A stretch of 64,000 nt of DNA from Mobula hypostoma (taxonomy: Eukaryota): assembly GCF_963921235.1 (NCBI RefSeq), contig NC_086107.1, positions 115,260,001-115,324,000 of the forward strand, written 5' to 3'. Position 1 is the stretch's first letter. The number at the start of each line of letters is the position of its first letter. Positions 12,001 through 23,417 of the stretch are shown piece by piece. A model generated the notes under the pieces. The model had not been told where the DNA came from. It saw only the letters and a program-made list of their open reading frames with translations, and ran no database searches. Made by a program: the position numbers and the translations under genes.

Positions 12001-13469
12001 CTAACCATCCACCAGTCTTGAAATATCCCACCCATTACTAACAGTGACACAAACATCTCTGCTAGGGCTGTAGCAATTTCTTTCCTAGCTTTCCAGTGTG
12101 GGAAAGGTTATTAACAATATCTGGTTTATTATCACTGACATGTGTCATGAAACTTATGGCAGCAGTACAGTGCAAGTCATAAAAAAATTACTAAGGTGAA
12201 AAAATCAATTACGTGAAAGAGGAATAGTGAGGTCGTGTTCATGGACTGTCAGAAATCTGATGACTGAAGAGGGGAAGCACTGTCTTCCTGATGGTGGTAA
12301 TAAAAGGACATATCATAGATGGTGGGAGTCTACAGTGATGGATGCCACCTTGAGGCACTGCTTCTTGAAGATGTCTTTATGTTGGAGAGGATTGTGCCTG
12401 TAATGGAGCCGACTGAGTCTCCAAACCACTGCAGGCTCTTGTGATCCTGTACATTGGCACCTCCTTACCAGGCTGTGATATCACAATGCTCTCCACTGTA
12501 CATCTGTAGAAATTTGCTGGAGTCTTTGTCATAGTGAATCTCAAGACTCCTAATGAAATAGGAGCTGCTGATGTACCTTTATGGAGGGAAGATGGCTAGT
12601 ATAAGGATAGGAGGGGAAGGGATGGTTGGATCCAGGTGAGTTGGGGGTTGTGATAAACAGATGGAGTCTTGAAAAGTGGAGATGGTGACAAGAGGCCTCT
12701 TTACCCTTCCTGTAATGAGGTGACCAAAACTGCACACAATTGAGAGCATTTTATCTATATATATTTCTGTAATTAATGTTTTTATATGATGTATTGCAAT
12801 AGACAGCAACTTTCAGAACATGTTCTAGTGCTGTTAAACCTGATTCTGACTGAAGTTTTGTGTAGCTGCAGGATTGACTTACTCACTCATAGGCATTGTT
12901 CCTACCAATGAAGACAAGCATGCCATCCACTTCCTTTATCTGCTTATTGAGCTGTGTATCTGTGTCCACCTCTTGACATACAGTATGATCAGCACTAACA
13001 TGATGTGCTGGTTTATTGTTATGGGTACTAAGGTACAGGTTTTACATGCTGCCCATCACATCATGACATCAAGGTAATACAAAGGAAACCAGTAACAGAA
13101 TGCAGAATGAAGTGTTAAGAGTTGTACAACTGCATTGTAGGTAGACAATAAAGTGCAAGGGCCATGGCCAGGTAAATTGTCAGGTCAAAGTTTACCTTAT
13201 CATTAGTGAATCTTCAATAATTCCATAACTGCAGAGTAGAAGCTGTCCTTGAACCTCGAGTTATGTGCTTTCAAGCTTTTGCACCTTCAGCTTGTGGTAA
13301 GTAGAGGGATGAAGGAATGTAAAGTGTGGGGGTGGGGGGGGGCAGGCTGGCTGCTTTATTGAGGAAGTGGGATGTGTCATGGAGGGCAGATTGGTTTCTA
13401 AGATGTGCTGAGCTATGTCCAAAACTCAATGCGATACTCAATGAATAGGGTGGCTGACATACCAAATCA

Positions 13470-15955
13470 TGATAAGAACATAAGGTATAGGAGCAGGAGT
13501 AGGCCATCGAGCCTGCCCCATCATTCAATAAGATCGTGGCTGATCTGTCCGTAAACTCAGCTTCATCTACCTGCCTTACTATGTAAAAACCTATCTGTTT
13601 CTTAAATATATTTAGTGAAGAAGCTTCAGCTGCTTCCCTGGGCAGAGAATTCCACAGATTCACCACTCTCTGGGGAAAAACAGTTTCTCCTCATCTCTGT
13701 CCTAAATCTTCTCCCCTGAATCTTGAGGCAATGTCCCCGAGTTCTAGTCTCACCTACCAATGGAGCAACTTTACCACTTGTATCTTATCTATCCCTTTCA
13801 AAATTTTGTATGTTTCTATAAGATCCCCTCTCAATCTTCGGAACTCCAGAGAGTATAGTCCCAGGCAACTCGATCTCTCCTCATAGGTTAACCCCTTCAT
13901 CCCTGGAATCAACCTGGTGAAAAACCTCTGCACTGCCTCCAAAGCCAGTACATCCTTAAGTATGGAGACCAGAACTGCAGATAGTACTCCAGATGCAGCC
14001 TCACCAGTACCCTGTATCGTTGCAGCATGACCTCCCTGCCCTTGAATTCAATCCCTCCAGCAATGAAGGCCAACATTTCATTTGCCTTCTTAATAACCTG
14101 TTGTACCTGCAAGCCAACTTTTTGCGATTCATGCACAAGCACTCCCAAGTCCCTCTGCACAACTCTATGCTGCAATCTTTCACCAGTTACCATTTAAATA
14201 ATCTGCTCTTCTATTATTCCCTCCAAAGTGGATGATCTCGCATTTACAAATGTTGTATTCCATCTGCCAGACTTTGGCCCACTCACTTAACCTATCTATA
14301 TCCCTCTGCAGACTCTCCACATCCTCTGTAGAATTTGTTTTTCCACTCAGTTTAGTGTCATCAGCAAATTTTGCTACGCTACACTCAGTCCCCACTTCCA
14401 AATCATCAATGTAAATAGTAAACAGCTGCGGGCCCAGCAGCGACCCCTGCGGCACCCCACTCACCACTGACTGTTAACCGCAGAAACACCCACCTTTTTT
14501 TTAGATTATGAAGACACGTAGCCCCCTTTTATTGTCATTTAGTAATGCATGCATTAAGAAATGATAGAATATTTCCTCCGGTGTGATATCACAAAAACAC
14601 AGGACAAACCAAGACTGAAAAAACTGACAAAACCACATAATTATAACATATAGTTACAAACAGGGTAACAATACCATAACTTGATGAAGAAGTCCATGAG
14701 CACAGTAAAGTTCAAAGTTTCTCAAATGTCCCACATCTCTCGCAGACGGGAGAAGGAAGAAAAACTCTCCCTGCCATGCCGACCAGAATCCGACTCTGAG
14801 TCATCCGAAAACTTCGAGCTCTGATCAGCTCTATGACACTGAGTACTGAGCGCCATCTCTGTCCGAACGATTCGACCTCTTTCTCGGTCGCCAAAAGCAG
14901 GCAAGGCCAGGGATTTTGAGGCCTACCCTCCGAAAAATTCCCGACCACACAGTAATGACAGTAGCGGACGGGCGTTTCAGAAATTTCTCCAGATGTTCCT
15001 CTGTGCTTTCACGTCTGTCTCCATCAAATCAGAAATTGTCCACGGCCCCTATTTAACAGATACGACATCATTTTTCACCAGAGAGCTGCGCATGCGCGGT
15101 GCGCTGCTATCTTCTCCTCCCACTTATACCAACTCTCTACCGTCTATCGTTTAACCAATCCACTATCCATGCCAATACACTTCCTCCGACTCCATGCATT
15201 TGTATCTTATTTATAAGTCTCTTGTGTGGCGCCTTATCGAATGCCTTCTGGAAATCCAAGTATACAACATCCACCTGTTCCCCTCTATCCACTGCGCTCA
15301 TTATGTTCTCAAAGAGCTGCATTAAGTTTGTCAAACAGGACCTACCCTTTCTGAATCCATGCTGCGTCTGTCTAATGGAACCGCTCCTTTCTAAATGTTT
15401 TGCTATTTCTTCCTTAATGACAGCTTCAAGCATTTTCCCGACTTCAGATGTTAAGCTAACTGGCCTAAAGTTGCCTGTCTTTTGCCTACATCTTTTTAAA
15501 AAAGTGGCGTGACATTTGCTGTCTTTCAATCCGCCGGGACCTGCCCAGAGTCTAGAGAGTTTTGATAAATGATTACCACTGCATCTACGTTATCCTCTGC
15601 CAATTCCTTCAGCACCCTGGGATGCATCCCATCAGGCCCAGGGGACATCTACAATCAGGCCCTCTAGTTTGCTCATCACTATCTCTTTAGTGACAGAGAT
15701 TTTATCGAGGTCCCCACCTCCCATTTCATCCATAACATCCTTCTTTGGCAAATTAGATGTGTCTTCCACCGTGAAGACCGACACAAAAATAGTCATATGA
15801 TGCCTCGGCCATTTCCTTATCACCCAATATCAATTTCCCCTTCTCATCTTCCAAGGGACCTATGTTGTCTTTAGCCACCCTCTTCCACTTTATATATTTA
15901 TAAAAACTTTTGCTATTTGTTTTTATATTTTGTGCTAATTTACTTTCATACTCTA
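13470..15955 (-). mobile_element. Fragmented CR1 LINE, interrupted at 14494-15120
   Basis: GVPQGSLLGP..KFADDTKL, NFRPVSLTS, LDFQKAFDKAPH and RLHLEY motifs; CR1 tail at about 13470. Confidence 0.9.
14494..15120 (-). mobile_element. Non-autonomous retroposed element inserted into CR1
   Basis: Poly(A) and AATAAA on the minus strand at the left end. The CpG-rich right (5') end has GCGCATGCGC. CCCAC lies at both junctions and the CR1 sequence is contiguous across it. Confidence 0.55.
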
Positions 15956-16559
15956 TCTCATGATGCTTCTGGATTGGATGCTTTCCATGGTGCAGTGATA
16001 AAGATTGGTAAAGGTAGACAGGGACGAGGTGAATTTCTTTTTCCTTTGAGGATGTGGAGACGCTGGTGAGCTTTCTTTGCTGTGACATCAACGTGGATCG
16101 ACTGGAACAGATGATGTTCACACCTAGCAACTGAATTTATAATTTCAGAACATATTAACAGTATTGCATAAGCCAGGCAACTCTGTAACCATACTCCACA
16201 ATCACCCTAACCCTTTCCTCTTGCACATTTTTCTTACTTCCATTTACCTTTCTAAGAGTTTCTTGAATGTCCCTATGGTATTAACCTCCACCATCACCGC
16301 GAGCACCTACCACTCTCAGTTTTTAAAACAACCCTACCCTAACCAATTGTTATCGAAGCACCATAGAAATCATCCTTTCTAGGTGCATTACAGCTTGCTA
16401 CTACTCTGCCCATCACCGCAAGAAACCCCAGAGAGTTGTGGACACTGCTCGGCACATCACGGAAACCAGCCGCTCCTCCATGTACGTGTGAAGGGCCTGA
16501 GCTTGCTCCTTTGAGCATTCCTGCCCTGCCGATCCGGGGAGATCGGGGCACCCAAGCAA

Positions 16560-17420
16560 AGCAGCATCTACTTCCGGCCACCACCAGCGCAATGATCTGG
16601 CCGGGGGAGGAGGGGGTGGGAAGGAACGGCCGGCGCATGGCAGCTGAGTGCAGCATCTGCTGTTGGCTGAGGAGCCCGAAGAGGGCGTGGCCATCACCCT
16701 GAGCATGCGCTTTGCGTCTCTACGCCCTGTGTTTGGCGTAACCGCACGTGACCAGGGGCGGAGAAAGCGTCTCGCGCATGCGCGCAGTTTACTGCTCGCT
16801 CCCTCCCCTCCGCGCTGGCCCCGGCGGAAGGAGCCGGCCACCTCGCTCTCTCTCTGTTTCTAACCCCCTTCCCCTGTTCACTTGTCCTCCCCATCCCAAA
16901 CTCCTCCAACCATAACTCCCTGGCGATGAAGGCGGCGCCTCGCACTAGCATTGGTGCGCCTCCGGCCGACAGGTGAGAGAAGCCGGGGAGATGGAGGCGG
17001 TTTGTTGGGGGTGGTGGTTGGAGAACAAGCACGGGCTGCCGAAGGAGGGCGGGGCATCTCTTGCTGCTGTCCAATGGCTGTGCGATACTCGCTCAGATAG
17101 AAGGGTAAATTGACCAATGGATGCCAATGCCGGTTTGATGGGCGTCGCGCTTGACCATTTAGAGGAGTCGGTACATTTCTACGGTGCTAATTGGAAAGGG
17201 CGCGGGCCCAGATAGACCCACGTGGGCTACTGGCACTGCGATCACGTGGAGTGTGGGCTGGGCTGTCATTGGTTTAGAGCAAGAAGGCGGTGCAGCGGAC
17301 AGGTTCGGCTGTTATTGGACAGCCGAAGGACTGTTCGGACTCCACACGATTGATCAATTCAGCTGTCAATCAACAGCCGAGAGTGGGTTTGGGGAAACTG
17401 CTGCAAAGTCGGTGAGGGAA
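16560..17420 (+). promoter_or_regulatory. CpG-island promoter (proximal, P1b) spanning exon 1b
   Basis: E-box CACGTGA (about 16745), GGGGCGG, NRF1 GCGCATGCGC (about 16774), TTTGGCGTAAC, and a CCAAT/ATTGG cluster at 17071-17320. Confidence 0.8.
16926..16972 (+). CDS. ATXN2L: ATXN2L first coding exon 1b (MKAAPRTSIGAPPADR)
   Basis: gcgATGA start and AG|gtgaga donor; phase 2 matches exon 2; lies in a CpG island. Confidence 0.75.
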
Positions 17421-17427
17421 GAGCTAA

Positions 17428-19155
17428 GCAACACAAATAAAATGCTGGAGGAACTCAACAGGCCAGTTAGCACCTACTGCGGCCGGGGAGAGGGGGGAGG
17501 TACAGTCGACGTTTCGGACCAAGACCCTTCGGAAGGACTGGAGTTAAAACTTTAGATTTAAAAGGTGGGGTACGGGAGAGAAAAACACAAGGTGGTAGGT
17601 GAAACCGGGAGGGGATGAGATGAAGTAAAGAGCAGGGAAATTGATTGGTGAAAGAGATACAGGGCTGGAGAAGGGGGAGTCTGACAGGAGAGGACAGAAG
17701 GCCATGGAAGAAAGAAAAGGGTAGTGGAGCACCAAGAAGAGGCGATGGGCATGCAGGTAGATATGGTGGGAGAGGAAAAAGTGGATAGTGCAGGAAAGGG
17801 GGAGGGCATTACTGGAAGCTCTAGAAATTGATGTTCATGCCATGAGGTTGAAAGCTACCCAGGTGGAATATTAGGTGTTGTTACAACAACCTGAGTGTGG
17901 TCTTATCGTGACAGTAGAGGAGGCCACGGACAGACATATCAGAATAGGAAGTGGAATGAAAATGGTGACCACTGGGATTTCTTGCTTCTTAGGTGGGTGG
18001 AGTTTAGGTGTTTGGCGAAGTGGTCTCCAAATCTATTATGTTCTCATCGATGTACAGGAGGCCACACCGAGAGTACCAGACACAGTATATGACTCCAACA
18101 GACTCGCAGGTGAAGTGTCGGCTGGAAAGAATGTTTGGAGCCATGAGTGGTAGTGAGGGAGGAGTACAAGGGTAAGTGCCAGGAGAGAGATCAGTGGGGA
18201 GGGACAAATGGACAAGGGAGTTGTGTAGGGAGCGATCCCTGCGGAAAACAGAAAAAGGGGGAAATGTGCTTGCTGGTGAGATCCCGTTGGAGATGGAAGT
18301 TACAGAGCATTATGTGCAGGGATCACTCCCTTAATGACACCCTTGTTTATTTGTGCCTCCCCACTGATCACCCACCTGGCATTTACCCTTGCAAGAGGAA
18401 CAAGTACTACATCTGCACTTAGACCTCCTCCTTCACTACCATTTAGAGTCCCAAACAGTCCTTCCAGGTGAGGCAACACTTCACCTATTAGTCTGTTGGG
18501 ATCATATACAGCGTCCGGTGCTGCTGGTGCGGCCTCCTGTATATCGATGATCACCTATGCGCCGTCTGCCAGAAAAAACAGGATCTCCCACGGGCCACCC
18601 ATTTTAAATACACTTCCTATTCCTATTTTGATATGTCAATCTATGGTCTCCTTTATTGTGTAAATGAGGCTACACTCGGTTTGGAGGAACAACATCTTGT
18701 ATTTCGTTAGGGTAGCCTCCAACCTGATGGCATGAACATCAATTTCTGAAACTTTTGGTAATGCCGCACCCCACACCATCCCCTTTTTGCTCTCTCACCA
18801 TATCTCATCGCCTCCCTTTGGTACTTCTCCCCCTTTTTTCTTTTTACCATGGCCTTCTGTCCTCTCTCTCCTATCAGGCTCCCCTTTTCCAGCCCTGAAT
18901 CTCTTTCACCAATCAACTTCCCAGCTCTTTACTTCATCCTTTCTACCTCCTGGTTTGACCTATCACCTTGCGTTTCTCTCTCCCCCCACCTTTTAAATCT
19001 ACTCATTTTTTTTTTCTCCAGTCCTTGCTGAAGGGTCTAGGCCCGAAACGTCGGCTGCTTATTTCCATAGATGTTGCCTGGCCTGCTGTGTTCCTGCAGC
19101 ATTTTGTGTGTGTTGCTCGGATTTCCAGTATCTGGAAATTTCCTCTTGTTTGTGA
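17428..19155. mobile_element. Penelope-like element, inverted arms (minus 17428-18310, plus 18315-19155)
   Basis: Both arms carry GIY-YIG remnants (FTCESVGVIYCVWYSRCGLLYI; PPGIYPCKRNK; GSLQPDGMNI) and decayed hammerhead termini at about 17503-17540 and 19020-19057. Confidence 0.85.
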
Positions 19156-19159
19156 GGGG

Positions 19160-19545
19160 AGGGCTAGGTCAAGGATAACAGAGTTGATGTAATAGTGTGC
19201 AGGATCACAATGACTGCGAAGTTAGGGTTGCAGAGTGGGTTGTAAGAGAGCGGGCTAGTATTCACAGGGTTGTGGCAGAGGGATGACAGATCAGAGGTTG
19301 GGGATCAGTGTCAAGGATCACAAGGTCGGGGGAGCGGGATGAAAGATCCCATGGTTGGATGAATGAGGTCGTGGATCTCGGTTGAGGGAGCACGGTCAAG
19401 GAAGATGACTTTGGGCTGCGGGGTCAAGCATCACTGAGTCGGAAGAGTGGGATCGACTATTGTGGGACCAAGGAATGTAGTGTTGGGTCACTGGGGTCAA
19501 GGATCGCTGGGGGTGGGGTCAGAGAGCACACGTAAGGATCAGTAG
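19160..19545. repeat. Highly decayed ~28-30 bp minisatellite (core GGGGTCAAGGATCAC)
   Basis: Recurrent ggtcaaggat/gatc motifs at roughly regular spacing. Confidence 0.5.
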
Positions 19546-20567
19546 TCATTGACTTCTGACTAGATAGAGCAGACGTGGAGAGGATGATTCCTGTAATGAG
19601 TGAATCTAGGATCAGAGGGTATAGCTTCACAGTGAAAAGATGTCCCTTTATAACAGAGATGAAAAGGAATTTATTTAACCAGATGTTGGTGAATTTGCCA
19701 CAGATGGCCGTGAAGGCCAGGTCACTGGGCGTATTTAAAGTGGCGGTTAGTAGATTCTTGATTAGTCAGGGCATTAAAGGCTTCGAAGGGAAGGCAGCAG
19801 AATGGTGTTGAGAGTGTTAATAAATCAGCCATTATGGAACAGCAGAGCAGACTTAATAGACCGAGTGGCCTAATTCTGCTTCTGTGGCTAATGGACTCTC
19901 TGATCAGTGACATCTTACCCACTGCACATCTGATTATCAGTGATGATTCCACTGGACAGGTTGGGTCCGTCTTGTCAGCAGTTGCTCTGTAGCACCCTGA
20001 AGGATCCCGATATGTACATCTCACAGTGCCAGACACCCCAGATGTCTAAGCTGTCGGATGACCCACATGTGGCCAGACTCTGCACATCTTGTGTCCAGTG
20101 ACCTGAGAATGGAGTTGAGAGGGGAAATAAATCAGCCATGAATGAGTGATGGAGTGGACTCGATCAGCGTACTGGTCTAATTCTGTGCCTGTGTCTTGTG
20201 GTATATGGAATGAGCTGTAAGAAATGCATTCCTGACCTCTTATGAAGCAATGCAAGGCCTTTTCTCAACCTTGAGGTGCTGGGGACCGCAGGCATCAACA
20301 TTTTAGTGGGGAGGGGGAGCTTTGCCACTTTACTGCCGTCTTTTGTCTTTCTTCCAGTGGCTTCACCACCGAGAATGGAGGGAGACAGGTTGATTGGGAT
20401 CTGGGAAACTGTTGGGTACGAGAATGGTACAGTGATAGGAGGTAGCAGGGATGATTGTGACAGAGCATAAGTACAAGAGATTCTGAAAGACGAGGTCTTG
20501 CATCCAGTTTCGAACCCTGCCTCCGAGGGATACCTCCTTACTGACTGCCCTCTGCTTTATATTACAG

Positions 20568-20604
20568 GGGGAGGAGCAGTGTCAAGGGATCCCCACAGTC
20601 GCCG
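20568..20604 (+). CDS. ATXN2L: ATXN2L exon 2 (GRSSVKGSPQSP)
   Basis: tacag| and |gtgagt; 37 nt; similar to human GQSTGKGPPQSP. Confidence 0.9.
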
Positions 20605-20756
20605 GTGAGTGTCTCTTTCTGTCTGTCTCTCATCCTCACTCTTAACCCACTTTTCTGCTTCACCCATCTCCTGATCCACATCCTCCTAACCCCCCCTTTC
20701 CCTTTCACATTTCTCTCCTTGGGCCAGCTGTGTGAAGGTGTGTCCTTGTGTTCCAG

Positions 20757-20813
20757 GTGTTCGAGGGGGTTTACAACAACACACGGATGTTGCACTTCCT
20801 GACTGCAGTCGTG
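20757..20813 (+). CDS. ATXN2L: ATXN2L exon 3 (VFEGVYNNTRMLHFLTAVV), start of LSm domain
   Basis: Canonical AG/GT; near identical to ATXN2L. Confidence 0.97.
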
Positions 20814-21254
20814 GTGAGTGATCTGTGCTATCCCCGTCACCTCTTGTGGACACACACGCATGCCATGAGAACATGCAGAGGTGCGCCACACAAGCATGTG
20901 CACTCTCACATGCACACTCCCTGCATAATATCACCCGTGCACACAGGCACATACATAGGCAGCAATGCACACAGGGACAGATGCAGATGCAAGTGCACAC
21001 ACCAAACCACTCCACCACCACCACCACCAGTCTGTCTCTTCATCTGCCAGCTGTCACTGAGCTCCTCGCCTGCCTGACTGACACGGATATACCTGTTCTC
21101 TGAACAGTTCACCCTTGTCCGCCTATCTGCACATCCTCAGCCTGCTGATTGTCATCTTTTGGTTTCCCAGATCCCACATGGAAGATGGTCTTTGGTCCAA
21201 CTGGCCAATTCCGACCAGATCCCTCGAATGAGCCAGTTCCCCCTTTGTTGATCA

Positions 21255-21815
21255 GGATCAATGAGTATGGGTGTCTTAGCTGTTTACACAAGCTAGTATG
21301 CAACCCAGGGCAGTACGATATGGAGAGCAAGCTGTTGCCCCTCCAGCACGTTCCTCCTTCAGCACAGCTGATGAATCCAAAGGAACGGCAGAGACGGATA
21401 GTTTGGCACCAGTGGTGTTGCAGGAGTTGCTAGTCAGCACTGAGCTCAGTAAAGGGACTCCAATTCTGGATTTTTCCTTGGGGTGTACTCCCGAAGCCTT
21501 CGCCATGAGTGTGAAAAGCTGTAAGGTCGTGGAGGTTTGAGATCAGATTTTTCCTTCTAGATGAGATGCCAACCGCGGTTGATGGAGCCCCATTGGCCCG
21601 AAGTGACTGGTTTTAAGGCATCGGTAACCCGCCTTTGCCCCTCCCCCGTCAGAAATTGTTCTGCTGGACTTAGTAGCTCAGGCCACGCATGAAGACCAGC
21701 AGCTGAACTTAGTTATCAGAGGCTAGAGATTCATGCCATTAGGAGCATAGGTAGTGGGAGCTTACCACCCTCCCTCCTCTCCCCCGCACAGCGGTATAAC
21801 AACCTTAAGGAATCA
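21255..21815 (-). mobile_element. Putative RTE-clade LINE 5' UTR-derived fragment
   Basis: Resembles (from memory) the reverse complement of RTE/BovB-type 5' UTRs (tactcccgaagcctt..ggaggtttgagatcag..ttttccttct); no ORF. Confidence 0.35.
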
Positions 21816-22312
21816 AGCAAGGAGCCAGTCCCATTTGGCCCTTATCCCTGTAAACCTTTCCTATCCAGGTACGTGTGCAAGTCTCTTAAAATGCTGTTAA
21901 CGTACCTTTCTCAAACACTTTCTCCAGTTCACATTTCAGCCAGCCCCAGCCGCCTGTGCTTGGACCGTATCTCTAAACATTTACTATCCAAACTACCTAC
22001 TTCAAATACTTCATCTGACAGCTCATTCCATATACTGACCACCCTCTGGGTGAAAAGTTGCCCTTCAGGTCTCTATGAAATCTGTTCCCTCTGACCTTAA
22101 ACCCGTGCCCTGTAATTCTGTTGTAAAGAGAGCTGAGACTGATATTCTTTGTCCATGAGCTTACCAAATGCAGTTCTCCCTCACCCCAAATGCGTGCTAT
22201 TGAACTGACCCTTAACATATTGTCGGGGGGAACATATATTCATTCATTTCTCAATGTACTCCAACTAACCACACTCCTGCCCATCTTACTAACCCACCAG
22301 TCCTTCCTGCAG

Positions 22313-22384
22313 GGGTCCACGTGTGATGTGAGAGTGAGGAATGGCACCGTCTATGAGGGGATCTTCAAAACACTCAGCTCCAAG
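22313..22384 (+). CDS. ATXN2L: ATXN2L exon 4 (GSTCDVRVRNGTVYEGIFKTLSSK), LSm
   Basis: Perfect TACTAAC branch point at 22287-22293; canonical sites. Confidence 0.97.
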
Positions 22385-22815
22385 GTAAGCAGCAAGCTCA
22401 CCGATAAAGACCCTATGCCTCCAGCTGTCAACTAGTCAACCCTCCCAGCTTGGTAAACCCCTTCTGACCCCCTGCTTCCTGAGGACTCCATGCTTTCCCA
22501 CCATGGGTGCTGTCTCTGTCCCTTTTTATTGCCCACTCTCACTGTTTTTCTCCCCCCGCCCGCTCTCCCACCACCCCCGCTTACCCTCCCCCAGCCCGCT
22601 CACCCCCCATACGCTCCACCTATCCCTGCACCAGCCTCCTCCCCCCCTCCCTCTCTCCACACTTCCCGCCTCCCTCTCTCTTTTGCTGTTTCTCAATTTT
22701 GCACACAGTCTGGGGTTCACAATATCTCTCATCTGTCTCTTTGACTAACTCCTTGTGAACCTCTGCTCGAGTCTCCCCTGGCCCTTCCTCTCACTGCACC
22801 ATTTGCTGCCCACAG

Positions 22816-22966
22816 CTGGAGCTGGCCGTGGACACAGTGCACCGGAAGAGTGCAGACACAGCAGCTGGCCCCAAGTGTGAGGATATCATTGATACCATGA
22901 TCTTTAAACCTTCTGATGTTGTGGTGGTGCAGTTCCGTGATGTAGACCTCAACTACGCAATGAGAG
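22816..22966 (+). CDS. ATXN2L: ATXN2L exon 5 (LELAVDTVHRK...DVDLNYAMR), LSm
   Basis: cacag| and |gtgagc; 151 nt; frame continuous. Confidence 0.97.
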
Positions 22967-23295
22967 GTGAGCAGACTAGTCCACTCTTTCCCCCCCCCCC
23001 CAGTCACCTGCCACAGTCAGACCCCAGAGAATAGGGAATAACTGGCTCTCACTCTGTTGGCTGAGGTTGTAAGGGACAGAGAGAGTGGTGTGCTTGGGAG
23101 GGTAAGTGTGAAAGCGGGGGGTCGGGGAGAAGGAGGATGGAGAGGTGGAAGAATAGGAAGGAGGGTGGAAGGTTTGAGGGAGGGAGAAACGGAGAGAAGG
23201 GATGAGAGGATGGAGGGGGAGCAGGAAATGGGGAGGGAGAAGTGAAGGGAGTCGGGCAGCCTCCACTGACACCCATTTTCTCCCCTTCCCTGCAG

Positions 23296-23417
23296 ACAAG
23301 CTGACGGACCCGATGGTGAGCACCAAGGTGAACGGGGAGCATCGTGAGAGCCCCCTGCAGCCCTGGGAGGGCGGTGGAGATAACAACAGCGATGACTTCG
23401 ACCTAGAGTCTGATGTG
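23296..23417 (+). CDS. ATXN2L: ATXN2L exon 6 (DKLTD..KVNGEH..DDFDLESDV)
   Basis: tgcag| and |gtgggt; 122 nt. Confidence 0.95.

Noticed and set aside
17503..17540. Active hammerheads at 17503, 19020, 6707, 25551 and 39655
   Set aside because: Each has core substitutions (e.g. CUUCCGA, CUUGCUGA, GAAG, or loss of U16.1), so they are likely inactive on their own.
21364..21405. Hammerhead at CTGATGAATCCAAAGGAAC
   Set aside because: No GAAA after stem II and no compatible stem III or cleavage triplet.
22298..22312. Alternative in-frame acceptor (CAG at 22298-22300) for exon 4
   Set aside because: Only about 8 nt from the TACTAAC branch A with no pyrimidine tract, and it would insert SFLQ into the conserved LSm fold.
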